In this document: positions 33,508 to 46,843 of the stretch, piece after piece
How positions within the stretch are numbered: position 1 is the stretch's first letter
Layout: each line of letters opens with the position of its first letter
IMG/VR virus record: IMGVR_UViG_3300046615_000208
Span: 32,001 to 96,000 of that record
DNA: 64,000 bases
From: a virus
Taxonomy: Duplodnaviria; Caudoviricetes
Direction: 5' to 3' (one strand)
Translations under genes and position numbers: made by a program
Notes under the pieces: generated by a model
Seen by the model: only the letters and a program-made list of their open reading frames with translations
Told to the model about the DNA's origin: nothing
Database searches by the model: none

Positions 33508-34612
33508 CCAACGTAGTGCTAGAGTTCTGGAAGAACACAGGGTACAACGACAATGAAGGAGTAGATTCCAATGAAAGCGACCATGAGCCGTGACCGGGAA
33601 TACCGCACCAACCTCAGGGTTGAATTCCGGCTGGACAAGGCAGAGGTGGCGAACCTGCTAGCGATCTACGCCACGACCTATGGTGAAGAGCATGAGGAAC
33701 TGTCCGAGAAGAAGCTGCTGGAGATGGTCAAGAAGCAGTTGATGTATCAGGGTCTGGACGTGCTCGAATTCGGAGCCAACGTGGACACCGACGATGCTGT
33801 ATTCGACTGGGCCAAGGAGCAGGTAGCGAAGTACTGGAAGGCCGCTTGACACCAGCCTATCCATCGGGTAGGCTTTTGTTCTGTCAGGAAGAAACGTACA
33901 CCACCTAAAAGGAGAAGCCATGAAACTCAAGCGCAAGAAGATCGGTGACCGGAACTACAACCTCGTGGATGCTGTGACGGGAGAGGTGATTGCCAACGCC
34001 GTCAAGACCGGGGAAGACGGACGGGACAACTACCCGTGGGAGTGGCATCTGGAGACTGGACTGATCTTCAACTCCATGCGTACGTCCGCCGGTAAGAGCG
34101 AGGAATCGCTCAAGGCGTGCGTGGAATACATTGAGGCACAGGCTAGCCGTCTGGGCATCCTCCGGTACGTCGGACCCATCGACCCGTACACCGTGACAGC
34201 CGGTCAGTTCTTCCGCTACGGCGGGGACTACTACCGGGCCGATTCGGACGCGTATGGCGAACACAACACCTACATACCCGTACTGAACTACAAGGAACAG
34301 CGCTCCGAGATCGTCGTGGCGCACGGAAACACGGTGAGCCTCTATGCTTGAGGGTAATGTTTTCATCCAGTACAAGGGCACTGATCTGTGCGCGGACATC
34401 TACTGCGAATGCGGGAAGCATCTGCACGTGGATGCTGGCTTTGCATACGCCGTCCAGTGCGGACACTGCCAGACCATCTACGAACTGCCCCAGATGGTAA
34501 CAGCAGTCAAAGTTGAGAGCACCCAGTACACTGTGCTGGTGCTGGAGGACGAAGACTAGAGATTGACACGGCGGGCATAGGCGTGTAACGTAGTCTATGA
34601 GAAAGGTGAATC

Positions 34613-34966
34613 ATGCCATACAAGAATGAGAAGCCGGGGAACTACATCAAGCCCAAGGATGACCGACGACGCAAGCTGAGCGAGGCGGACAAGGAACGGA
34701 TACGGGAACTGTATAAGCTTCCCGACTGGTCCCAGCGCCGACTTGCCGGGGAGTTCGGGGTGAGCCGCAGGCTGATCCAGTTCGTCGTGGACCCTGACAA
34801 GGAAGCCAGAAACAAGGAAGCCTTTGCCGAACGCCAGAAGGACGGCAGATACTACGACCGTGAGACGCACAACGAGGCCGTAAAGCAGACACGCCGACAC
34901 CGGCAGGAGCTTTACCTCAAGGGCGAGTTGGAGAGTCCGCTTGACACTGACGGACCTGTGCCATAG
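34613..34966 (+). CDS. Helix-turn-helix DNA-binding protein
   Basis: KLSEADKERIRELY...WSQRRLAGEFGVSRRLIQFVV. Confidence 0.8.
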   Translation: MPYKNEKPGNYIKPKDDRRRKLSEADKERIRELYKLPDWSQRRLAGEFGVSRRLIQFVVDPDKEARNKEAFAERQKDGRYYDRETHNEAVKQTRRHRQELYLKGELESPLDTDGPVP

Positions 34967-37900
34967 ACTATCTACGTAAGCAAGACCGACAAGCAAAGGA
35001 GAAGGACATGAGCTTCAACGAAGGCGACAAGGTGAAGGTTCTCACCAAGAACTCCATCCACGAGGGTAAGACTGGAGGGGTCACCCGCGTCTTCAGTGAC
35101 GAGAAAACATGCACCGTTCAACTCGATGGAGACCCTGTAGGTCTGGTCGTAGGGTTCTTCTTCAGCGAACTGGAGCTTGTTGATGTCGAGCGCGAGGCGC
35201 TGATCGAACTGGCCGAGACGCTGGACAAGGCACGGCTACAGGCGAACGCGATTCCGGCCATGGCCCCTCAGTCCGGTGTCTACGGGGACGTGTCCGAAGC
35301 CCTGAAGCGTGCGCTAGCATACGAGTTCGGTGTCTGGGTTGCAAATAAAATCTACGCTTCCCTGCTCGATGGCAACACCGTCCGTGAAGCAATCGCTGCG
35401 GTGGTGAAGAAGTGATCAGCGACGACGAACCAATGGACTGGGATGCCCGGAGTAAACTCTGGGATAAGTACTACAGGCCCGACACCAACGACTGGGGCAT
35501 GCCTACGCGGGAGAGTCCACTGCGTGGCGTGGAAGTCTGCCAGCGCTGTAGCGCGTTGGTGGATGACACATGGAAGCATCTGGACTGGCACACGGCCCTA
35601 CAGGGAGAGGATTGGGAACGATGAACAAGAAATGCACTAACGGACACGAGATGGTGGGTATTGACCTGCCCCAGTTTACTGAGATAGTCTGGTACTGTCT
35701 CGTGGAGGACTGTGCCGGGATAGAGGTATTTGATGACTGACAAGTATATTCTCGTAAAGGTGCGGGACGCGACCAGCGAAATGCCCCCTAACGTTGTGGT
35801 GGCGAGAGGTAAGGTTATCATGCCGACAACGCCAATCGCTCATGTCCGTAAGGCCATCCACAAGGTGGCCGAGGACCAGTTCCTGAGCATAGCGGACATG
35901 GTGACGCACACGCGTTTCATGACGCAGGAAGAATCAGATACTGTGGCACGTGTATTCGAGAAGGCAATGAAACGAGCGAAGGAGAGACGTGGCTGAGACT
36001 ACTGGTGACCCCGGAGTGGGTGGACCGAAGATGTCCAAGTCCGGAGACAACGGGGCGGAAGAACGCAACAAGTCCTATAACAAGGTGCTTGACTTGCAGG
36101 CCACGTACATCCGTCGAGTGCAGTCCGGACAGTTTGACGAGATTCCCAATGCACTCTTCCGCTGGAAAAGCAAATCAGAGTGGCACGAGAAAACATACGG
36201 CTGGTAAGAAAGGAAAAGCATGAGCGAAGGTAAGTGGGTAAAGGTAAAGCATGGAGAGATCGAAGAGGGGGACGTTGTACGCGTCATCAGCAAGGATGGT
36301 CCGCAGACGATCACCACCGAGGGCAAGGTGACCTCGATTATTGTCCATCGGGACGGAGAAAAGGTCTGGAGTATCGAGAACTTCGAGAGCTTCTACTCAC
36401 GCGAATTCATCCCTGATGAGGACGGGAACTTCGCTACGCTGGAGCGTATCGTTCCACCGTTCAAGTGGCCTACCAAGCTGGGGGCTGTGGTGCGTGGCGA
36501 GAATGAGGACGAGGATGTGTACGCGGTTCTGGTCGAAGAGGCCAAGAGCAAGGATGACATTCCTGTCTTCTATACCAAGGAATGGGGAGTCGTCAACATG
36601 TATGACATCGAAGGTCTGGAGGATTTGACAGTGGTCTTCGAAGGTGTTACAGTAGAGGCATGACAACAGACGCGGAAGTTAAGTGGGAAGAGATCGGCTC
36701 GCTGGAGCAGTTGAATCTCGGTGATGAAGTCGAGTACAGGTGTACAGGTGACAACAAGGAGTTCAAGTACTGGGGCAAGGTGCTTGAGGTTGCGAAGAAC
36801 TTCCGGGATGAGGTGGTGGTCGTCCGGATGGAGGGGGACTGGAATCTGCTCCCCTCCTCACTGACCGCCTGCGGGGCGAAGAATAAGGTCACCCGTAAGG
36901 TGGTCTCGTTCGTCTGGCCTAAGTACGTAGGAGCGTGCGTGCTAGCAACGAAGGATGACTCTGTATACCACTACGTGCGTGTGGCTGAATCCGGGCGCAA
37001 CGAGTGGGTCCTTGCGGAGACCGGTGAATTCTTCGCTATGTGGGAACTGGACCTGATCAGTACCGGCGTCACACACCGTGTCCTCGGCAGAGGGTACTAA
37101 ACGAGAAGAGCTTAGCGCACAGGAATTGTATAAACGGTCCCTGCGTGTTAGGCTTACTCGTGCTGGGCTGGTGAAGATCATGGAAGCCAATGAGGCTAGG
37201 GAAAGGGAAAAGAATGAACTACAAGGAAAAGATTCTGGAACACGCGATAACGAACGTTCTGACTAACGCTCTGAACTATCCGGGCAATGTCACCCCGCAC
37301 GTGCTGGGTACGGACATGGCTAAAACCATCGGCGCTGTCAAGGAGGCTGTGACGAACACCGGCCTGTACATCATCGACAACGACTACATGCTGGCGCACG
37401 AACGGGTGAACCGCGTGGAACTGATCGACAACTCCGGACGCGCCTACGTGAAGTACGGCGTGGGGGATGTTATCACCCACTTGCAGGATGATGGACGCAC
37501 CCTGAAGCTCTTCCTTAGGGGTGGATAATGGGGCGCGAGTCGGCAGAGTTGGTAGTCGCTACGTGGGAGGTTTCGACCTACCTGCTGGCTGAGGACCCTC
37601 TGTTGAGATATCTGGACTCTGGGCTGGACGCACAGCTTATCGCGGACTGTGTGCCGGGAGTAACACCGGAGGAACTACGTGAGGCTGTTGTACACCTGTT
37701 CGAGCGCCTTAGGATGGGGGCTGATACGGAGTACGCCGGTGAGTATGTGGTGATGTTTCATCCGGCCCTTGTGGATTTCTTCTGGGTGACGCACAGGTTT
37801 GTCTTTGACAGGGAGTATCCGGGAAAGGTGAACCACCCGCTGGAGTCCATGGGTCTGCCTTATTACGTGGCGCTGTGGGGTCTGGTGGAGCGGATTCGTA

Positions 37901-39964
37901 TCTGGAACAACAACGCTGTTCGAATTGAATACACAGCACCTTCGCTGTGAACGGAAAGGATTAATATGCTAGGATGGACAGTAGCGGTTGACGAGGTCGA
38001 GAAGACAGAGCGGGGTCCTAGCATTGCCTACTGGTATGCTGACCCGGAGTTCCTGACCGAGATGGAGAATCTGGTCGAGGCAGGGGATGCGTTTCTTGTA
38101 GAAAGCAACGGGGGTTACCCCTACAGGTTCGAGGCCTACTCGGACATCCTGCGGGAGTGGCTGGAGGAAGACGACTCGCGTCTGCACCGGAAGTACCGGT
38201 TCTCGGACCTGTACAAATTTCACCTAGACTATGATAGGCTGGACAAAGTTCCAGACGGGGTCCTCCTGTCTGTTGTAATGTGGGACCAGTCCTAGAGGAA
38301 GGAAAAGATATGACCAAGACAAGGATTGCATTCGAAGACGTCAAGGCAGGGGACCTGCTGGAGGTCGTGGTGGTGAACAGTGGCGTGAAAAGCGTCATTA
38401 CCGCCATAGCGTTCCAGCGTGAAGAACTGGTAACTGGCCGGGACTGGAAAGGGAACGAAGAACGTCAGGTTCTCTGGAACACCTCCGAGGGTGGTATGAT
38501 CGTGGCAAACGGAGAAGAGGCAGTGATCTACCGGATTGACGTGGCTGAGGCCGAGTTCAAGGACATCCGGAAGGGTGACCGAGTGCGCGTCACCGAAGAA
38601 GATTACCGTGGTCGCAAGACCACCACCGAAGATATGGTCGGCACTTTCGTGGACGGCATGAACCCGTTCTGGTTGAACGTGCAGGGCAGTGAGGTGGTTA
38701 TTTTCCAGAGGTACGAACACAAGGGCGTGGACCGCGTCATCGAGATTCTGGAACGGGGCGAGTGAAGAAGTAATGTTCAACTGCCTGAGGGATAAGGACC
38801 GGGACCGGGAGATTCGGCGGCAGTCGCTGAAGGACCGGAAGCAATCGCTGGAACAGCGGATCAAGCTGATCAACGAGATTCTGGATGTGAAGTGCGTGCG
38901 CGTGAACAAGCTACTGGACGAACGCGCTCTGGACATCGCCACTATGCTGTATGAAGGTTCGGAGATTACTAAGAAGATGACGCGTCTGCGTGAACTGGAA
39001 GATGAGCTTGTGGAAGTGATTAAGGAACAAGAGGCTATGGAGGAAGCCAAAGAATGATTGCCTATGTGGTGGCGCTGGCGTTTGTGCTGGCGTTTGTACT
39101 GGGCATGCTCGCGCTGGTGGTCTCTGTCGTAGTGGGAGCAATGTCTGTAGGTAACCTATGGGTGTTGCTCCCTTTGGCGTCGTATGCTCTGGTGTTCTGG
39201 ATGCTTGCGCGATTGGCCAAAGACACTATGTAAATGTAATATGAAAGTACAACACAATTGAAAGGATGTAATGAGCAATTTCGCTGGGGATGAAGAAAAA
39301 ATCACTTACACTGAGCCGGAAGGTGCCCTGATCTATCGCGGGGAGATCATACTGGCCTCTGAGTATAAAGATGACCGTGTGGGCCTGTGCGTGACTATGC
39401 ACGGTGGTGGGGACGCTGTTGCTGTGGGTATCGGGGATGAGGGTGATATCCAGCAGTTCCTCTATGAGGCGGCTGTACGGTCGAAGCTGATCAAGGACGG
39501 CGAGCCTCTGATCCTGATGAAGCGTGTTAGTGCTGACGCGGAAGATGTCGCGTGAGGTACGGAATCATGAGGTACAAAAAGGGGGACATGGTCGAGATCG
39601 ATGATCCCGGCTCTCCCTTCTATGGGCGGATCGGCAAGGTGATCTACACGGACCACGAGGCCCTGAGGGTGGATGTCGCGCCCAAGTGGTACTGGGGTGA
39701 GGGCGATGTCAGGGAAGCCATGTGGGAGTCCCAGACGAGCCTGATGGCGCTTCCGATGGGTACCATCGTGGAGGACAAGACAGGAGTCGAGTGGGTGAAG
39801 ATCGGGAGTGACATTTGGGCCACGACGCAACTGGGCAGTAACGGCAGTACACTGACCGGAGTCGAGTCCTTGAACCTCGCAGGTCGCTACGTAAAGCGTA
39901 CGTTTTTGGGGAAACTGGATTAGTATGCTAAGCTGGGGCTAAGCAAACAAAGGAAGGGACAAAG

Positions 39965-41215
39965 ATGAGTATATTGAGGGGTCGGACGGAACGTCTGTCG
40001 ATCTATGGCATGGCCGGGATGCTGTTCTTCTTCGCTGGCTGTGCGGCTGTCGTACTGGCTGCTGCGCTGTCGGTGGAGTGGCTGCTGGTCCTGTGGGGCG
40101 TGTCGTGGGTTGCCTCTGTGGTCATGGCTGTGGTAGGGTCGGTGAAGAGTGACTGAGTTCTTCAAGGACAGGAACAACCACAACCTGATCCGCTACGTGG
40201 GATTCTCCATGGCAGTGGTGGGGATACTGGTAGCAATCGGAGCGGCAATTTTTGCCGGGGTTATCGGGTCTGGGGGCTTGGGGTTCGGCGCGGCAGGAAT
40301 GTTTGTGCTGAGCTTTGCATTGTTGCCTGTGACCGATATCAACTTCTCGAAGTGGAACTGATATGTGGGTCTATAAGCTGGTGGCGAAACTGCTGACGCA
40401 CACGGTACTGTATGGACTTGCAAACATCATGATCTTTGGCGGGATGCTTCTGTGTGTCGTGGGAGGGTTATTGTTTGTGGTCACGCCATGGGTCACGTGG
40501 ATCGGTATGGCGGTGTTTATTGGCGGACTCTGTGTGCTGGGCTGGTCGGACCAGTATCTGCCATCGGAGGAAAAGAAAAGGAGTGAGAATGGAAATGGGT
40601 AAGTTGGTGACCCGGTTCGCGGACTGGGTGGACTCGCACGGTGAAGGTGCTGATGACCACATGGTGGCCGGGATGGTCATTGGCGCAATGGTGGCGGGGG
40701 TTCTCGGCGTTGTGGCCGCTGTGGCACTGGAGTCTGGCCCGCTGTTGATTCTGGGGTTTGTGGTGTTCACCGTGCACATGATCTATGCAATGGCGGTGCT
40801 GTGATGGTGAAGTGGATTAAGGGTAAGTTTGGGGAGGGTGCTGTGCCGTGGTTCTTCCTCTGCGCCCCCATTGTCTTGGGTGTGGCGGGGATTGCGGGGA
40901 CCATCTTCTTCGCTGTGACAGGGATCGTGGCTGGCCTGTGGGTGAGTGTGCCTGCCATTGTCGTGGGTCTTGTTGGAGTCCCGGTCACCGGGATGATTCT
41001 GGAGGATAAGAACTATGTCTGAGTGGTGGGCTGCGTTGGGTCGCGAGAGACTGGGCTGGTTTCTTCTGTCGGGGTTTCTGGCACTGATCGTGGTAGGAAT
41101 GGCTGTCGGGATCGTGGCACTTAACTGTGTGCCTTTTGTGGAACCTCTGGTGCATCTGGGCTTTGCCACAGCGGTCTTGGGGTTTGTGGGTGCGTTGGTG
41201 GCGGTTATATGGTGA
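39965..41215 (+). other. Tandem cluster of six ~63-79 aa two-TM membrane microproteins
   Basis: 39965-40156, 40149-40361, 40363-40602, 40589-40804, 40801-41022, 41015-41215; all hydrophobic, abutting or overlapping. Confidence 0.7.
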
Positions 41216-42042
41216 GGATGTGATGGTGGAGTACACGACGGACTACACGGCGCTGGAGTTGGCTCTGGCGGCTGTGTTTGACGAGGAACAGGCCTGTGAG
41301 TCTTCGGAACATTTGACGCGCCCTGAGGGCCACGCAGGGGCTGCTGAGTGGTATGTGCATGTGAAGCACGAGTGCGGGCATGACGTGGTGAGGGCGTACT
41401 GTGACAAATTTAAAGGCATGATTACGTTGCCTACCTCTCTTGCAATCTGTGGCGGGTGTGGTGTAGAGTTGGTGGCATCGGAAGTTGTACAGAGTACTAC
41501 AAGGATTGGAGCGTAATGGACAAGGAAACGGAACGTTTGGGGAAGTCTGCGGCAGAGTGGCTACAGAGTGAGGTGGACGGCGGTGAGCTTGTGCGTATGC
41601 TGGTGGACCGCTCGGACCTACAGGATTTGCTGGACTACGTCAAGGCTCTGGAGGAACCGCCTGTGAAGGTGACCACAGATGTTTACCTGATGGGGGAGTG
41701 GTACAAGACGATTCTGAAGGTGGACCTGACGAGGGACCAGAAGGAACTCTTGAAGGGACTGGAAGAGCGATGCGGAGAGTGGAGTACTAGGCTGGAAGTG
41801 CGTGACCACAACCCGGACTACCCCCTGCCCAACTGGAAAGGATACACAAGGAAGTGATGCCTAAGTTCTTGCGTAGAGTGTCTGCCATTCTGCTCTACCT
41901 GCTCTTTACTGTGTTGGCAGGGATCGGCGGCGGGCTGATTATACACCTCGGACTGGGGCTGTATGTACTGTACCTGCTGTTCTTGTTCTTCGTGGCGGGC
42001 CGTATTTTGACGGAGACTTGCATGACATTGTGGGAAATGTAG

Positions 42043-42790
42043 GCAAGTCTGACTCGGTCGGATTCGTTTTTCGAGGGGTGTTTTCGGGGTGTTTTGGGGT
42101 CAAAATCTTATCAAACTGCTCTCTCTGGCTGGTGTCGGAGGGGGCAGTTTTTCTATAGTATTAGTGTAACAAGTAGGTAACGGGGCCAGTACTGGGGCGG
42201 CAGGATGGGGCAAAAATTTATAGTGTTTGTGAGACACGAACGGTTCTGGCTGGAGGGCTGGTTGACGCTTAAATGTGTAGGTTGAGGGGTGTTTCTTACT
42301 ACAATAAGGGTGTTTACCATGTCTAACATGGTTTGCTAGAGTAGGTGAGTAGTGAGTTAAACATCTTTTAAAGTATGTAGGTTTGAGGGGATGTTAGAGT
42401 CGTTTTGAGAAGCTCGGAAGTAAGGTCGTTTCCTACTAAATCAAAGGGTTTTGGATCGGTTGACCCTCTGGTTTGGGGCCAAAAACCCTCTAATTCTCTA
42501 CTATTACTTACTACTATTTTTTACTAACTCTTACTTAGTAAGTAGTAAGAAGTATGTATATACTTCTTACTAGGTGGGTTTACGTTGGGACCTCTTATAA
42601 ACGTATTTTCGTCTCTTTTTGTATGCCACGGCTGTCGGGCTTGAAACCACTTAGTAAGACTGGGTGGTTGAGGGAGTGAGGGGTTGACAAGTGAGTGACG
42701 GAGTGACATACTAGGAAACTGGGTGATTTGCTTTCGGTCCTCTCTTGTGGTAGAATTGATCTATAAGTTAAGGAACAAGAGATTGGAGGC
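42043..42790. other. Long non-coding region, candidate replication origin
   Basis: Only large gene-free gap; direct repeats, AT-rich tract 42491-42572, 13-bp inverted repeat TAGTAAGAAGTAT/ATACTTCTTACTA. Confidence 0.5.
42113..42152 (+). terminator. Intrinsic terminator
   Basis: AAACTGCTCTCTCTGGC...GTCGGAGGGGGCAGTTT-TT. Confidence 0.65.
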
Positions 42791-44279
42791 TGTTGTGGCC
42801 GAAGAGAACAAATATGTAGAAGGCAAGAAGAATTCCCGAGCCACTAAGACAGCCCGTAAGCTGTGGGTTGAGGACAAGATTCGTACCTACCAGCGTGAGC
42901 TTGAAGGGCTGGACATCGAGATTGGTTCGGACGACAAGGTTATCACAAAGCTGGAGAGGTTGGACTCGGAACGTTCCTCTTTGCTGGAGAGTCAGGCATC
43001 TGCACAGCGACGGATGACGGAGTTGGAGGGTGAAGCATTCGATGCTACACTGGACACCTACATGGCTATCAAGTCCAAGGTTGCGAAGGTTGAAGCTGAG
43101 ATGAGGTCAGCCTACTATGGACGATAGGGAAGCACTCGCACGCGTTGCCAAGATGAAGGCCGACAAGGAAGCCGCCAAAGCTAAGAAGGAAGCAGACCGT
43201 AAGACTTTCCTGAGCTTTGATCTCCCTCTCGAAGAGATGCTGAGGCAGAGCAGGGCACGTAAGAACTACATGGCCTCCCACCGGTTTGATATGAGTATCC
43301 CGGATACACTGGAGTGGGGGCTACCTGCGAGAGCGGCCTCACGTCACCAACAGTTTGAAGATAACATCAGGCAGTATGAACAAGCCGAGGCTTTGTATCA
43401 GGCGGCTCTGAGAAACGGAGACCCAGACCTGATCAAGGAACATCGTAAGGAAGCTGACAAGCGTTTGTCAATTTGTCTGTTCGCTTCCTACGCTGTTGGA
43501 ATGTTGTACAGACAGTTTGTTGACGGTGCACAAAGGAGAGCAGGTTTGGATGGATGACGACGAAGAACAGGTGACAGGGTTTGCTCGCGGAGCGGGTGTT
43601 GTGATAACCTGTGATGTTCCGGAGGGTACCGAGAAGTACATCGGGTATGTGATTGGGATGGACGACCTGTATCTCTACGCTCGGGTGACCCACACGTGGG
43701 GTGAGCGGGTGGCTGAGGTTACCGAGGAAAGTGTATCGGTACTGAAGGGCATGCTCATGCAGAGGCCGGTATGGTTGCTTCGGGTGCAGGTTCTGTCTAA
43801 GGGGATTATGCCCCTGTGGTTGAACAAGGAACAACTGGTTGAGGTGTTGTCGGATGTGATGCAGGGAGAGGCTGTGAGACAGGCTGGACCGCAGGGAGGA
43901 TTCATTGCTGAAGTGTTGCCTACGGAAATGAGTCTGCCGCACTTCTCGGTTCGGAACATCAAGTCTTTGGCGGATGTGATGGCGGGATCGGTTTTGACCA
44001 GTCTTGACTTTGCACCGGAACTAACGTATACTGAAGAGTCGGACGTAGAGGAAGGTGACCATGGAGACAAAGGCACAGAAGGCCCTGCGAGTGGTGACTA
44101 ACATCAACTGGTTCATCTTCGGGGCGGTGTTCGGGAGCGTAGGAATGTTTCTCATCACCGGAGGTACAGGCTGGGCGGTAGTCGGATTCGTGTCGGCGTT
44201 CCTGTTTGGAATGGGAACCGCCGCCGTATCTGGGGCCAAATCAATTGTAAGCAGAGAAGAAGTCAAGGAAAGGTAGAGC

Positions 44280-45119
44280 ATGGAATTTGAAATCGGAGAT
44301 AAGGTAAAGACCATCACAGGCCTGTACATGTCTGGAGCATGGCGCGAGGCGGGTCTGAAGGGTAAGGTTCTCGAAAGCCCGAACGAGTACGGATCGCTGA
44401 CCGTGAAGTTCAAGGGCATGGACGAGCATCGTCTCATCCGTCCGGAGTACGTCGTCCTTCGGAAGAAGGCGGCAGAGACGGACACTGAAGCTGTGGCGGA
44501 AGAGGAATCGGAAGACCTAAAGGCCTATTACGACGCTCACCGTTTTGTTGAGGATGAGTCGAAGATTACCCCCGGAGCAACGGTAGTGGTGGTCGGAGAT
44601 GTGGAGACCAATGACAACTATATCGAAGAGCTTACTACCGGGGTTATCAAGTCCGTTGACACCACGGATAGGACGGCTGTTGTGAAACTCACGGATGAGG
44701 GCGCGGACTTCCACTACACTGATACCCTGAAGTTTGACGAGTTCACGGTTGTGGATGCTGCATCGGAGGCCGGGTATTCCCCTGAGGTTGTCGAGGCGCT
44801 GAATCAGATTCTGGCGAACATCGAAGAGATCAAGGAACTGCTGACCACCAAGCCGCAGAACGAGTTCCACATCTACACGTCCGAAGCGTCTTTTGTAACT
44901 CCTGAGAAGGAGGAAGAGCCAGCACCGGAGCCTGTCTTCAAGAAGGCTAAGGAAGTCAAGGTGGGCGATATGCTGTACACCGACGAGGGTGCGTACGATA
45001 AGGTGCACCGCGTTGAGACCAAGTCCAGCGGGTATACGTCGCTGTTCGGGGCATTCGGGAACAAGATCGTTCAGGTACCTTCGGCCCGACCGCTGAGGGT
45101 TCTGGAAGAAGTTTCGTAA
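44280..45119 (+). CDS. Multi-SH3/KOW-like domain protein
   Basis: FEIGDKVK, TPGATVVV, VKVGDMLY. Confidence 0.55.
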   Translation: MEFEIGDKVKTITGLYMSGAWREAGLKGKVLESPNEYGSLTVKFKGMDEHRLIRPEYVVLRKKAAETDTEAVAEEESEDLKAYYDAHRFVEDESKITPGATVVVVGDVETNDNYIEELTTGVIKSVDTTDRTAVVKLTDEGADFHYTDTLKFDEFTVVDAASEAGYSPEVVEALNQILANIEEIKELLTTKPQNEFHIYTSEASFVTPEKEEEPAPEPVFKKAKEVKVGDMLYTDEGAYDKVHRVETKSSGYTSLFGAFGNKIVQVPSARPLRVLEEVS

Positions 45120-46630
45120 GGACTTGACAGAAGGGCCGTGAGCAGGTAAAGTTACATACATGGAAATCATTTTGAGCCTCATGTTTGTTACACCGTTGCT
45201 CACGGCCCTTCTTCTTGCTTTGGGGGCCATTGGCAAGCCAACCCGCAAGCGCCTGTACAAGGTGGCACGAGCGCACTGGGCACCCAAGTTCAAGCGAAAG
45301 TCTCTGGCACCTTCCATCGTCCCGGAAGGACTGGTGAAGCTCGAACCCCGCAACAAGGACTGGGGTCCGGACGGGCGGCTGACCCAGATGTGGAATGACG
45401 CGTTCGAGTACTGGCAGTTGGAGGACCCGAAGGGTACACTGGAATCGTACCGGATCAAACAGCACGAGTGGGAACAGAAGCGGCTCGCGTTGCAGCAAAG
45501 GATCAGCGTGGGGGAAGCGGCCTACAACCTGTACGTCAATGGACGCGGACGCGGAAACCTTAATGACGCTGTGGAGGGCAAGATGAAGGCCGACAAGGCA
45601 CGAGACGACCTGCGCTCCCATGGTACTGGGCCTAAGTCTCTTACCTCAGCCGAGCGTGTTGTGGCTGGGCTTGCGAAGCGCTACGGTGCTGAGGTATTCT
45701 ACAACAACGACATGGTCCGACTGTCTGCACAGAAGAACATGCCGACATTTGACTACATCGCACTGACTAGTGTATGATGGTTACACCAACGAACAAGAAA
45801 AGGAAACACATGACTAACGCAACTGGTAGCAACAACATCGTAGGACTTCTCGGAGGTCTGGCGGATGTCATCGAGACGGTGGTGGAGATTGCAGAGCAGA
45901 AGCTCTCGGACTTCATGGAGGGCGAAGAGACCGACAAGTCGATGATGGAAGAGCCGGGGGAGCGTGTCACCTATAAGCACGTGGCAGAGCTTGGTCTGGC
46001 TGACGCACTGATTCTCGATGACGGAAGCTGGCAGGTCATGGGTGTCCAGAGTGACGGGTTCGATCATGACATCGTGTCGGTGACGCTGGAGAACGGTGAA
46101 AGCTACGACCTGATCCGTTCGTCTCTGGTGCGTGTGGTGTGAGCGCACGGAAGTTTGCAGACGGCGACCGGGTCATTGTCTCACAGACGGTGGACGACTC
46201 GGACAAGCAGTACTCCGGTAAGATCGGTACCGTGACCTCCCTAAGCCACCGGAACAGGGATATGGATGTCTACTACGTGGCGTTGGATGATAGGGCGGCG
46301 GAGGGCTACGAGCTTGCCTTCTACGATCAGGACCTGCTCCCGTATGACGGACTGGAAGCACTCCGGGAAGAGCTTGCACAGGCAGAGGCCAAGGTGGTAT
46401 CCTTGAAAGAGGCGATCAAGCTGAAGGAGCGGAACGCCGCAGAGCTTCCCGTTGCCTCTGTGGTGTCCTACAAGGACACCTATGGTCCTGCGGCCATGAC
46501 CAAGCAGTCGGATGATATCTGGCTGAACATCTTCCCGACCCAGCACGGTAATGCGAATACGGAGTATCTGAGCGACTACAAGGTCACCCAGTTGCTCATC
46601 AACAATGCGAGTGCTGTAGTCCGAAAGCCC

Positions 46631-46843
46631 TAGACAAAACCACCGAGAGGTGGTAAACTAGAGAATGTAAACGAAGGAACTTATCGTTAAGCGAAGGGAG
46701 GAATCATGTAGATGAACTGAAACCGCTGGAAAGACTGCATGGCGCAGGGGCGGAGCAAGACAACTAATAATAGGCTTACCTTAATGTAACGGTTTGACGG
46801 ACGAGGCACCTAGGCTAGTGGAATCCATGGCCTAAGGTGCCTC
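46631..46843 (+). ncRNA. Promoter-driven ~180-nt non-coding leader with start-stop minigene and 3' hairpin
   Basis: TAGACA/17 bp/TAAACT; AAGGGAGG-AATC-ATG-TAG at 46694-46711; hairpin GAGGCACCTAGGC...GCCTAAGGTGCCTC. Confidence 0.35.

Noticed and set aside
39965-41215. Holin/lysis cassette
   Set aside because: No endolysin nearby, and six in tandem within an early-type region does not fit
44517-45621. Long minus-strand ORFs (also 16132-16788, 17026-17700, 38292-39050, 54267-54953, 55199-55903)
   Set aside because: Antisense shadows of well-supported + genes, with no RBS, promoter or recognisable motifs
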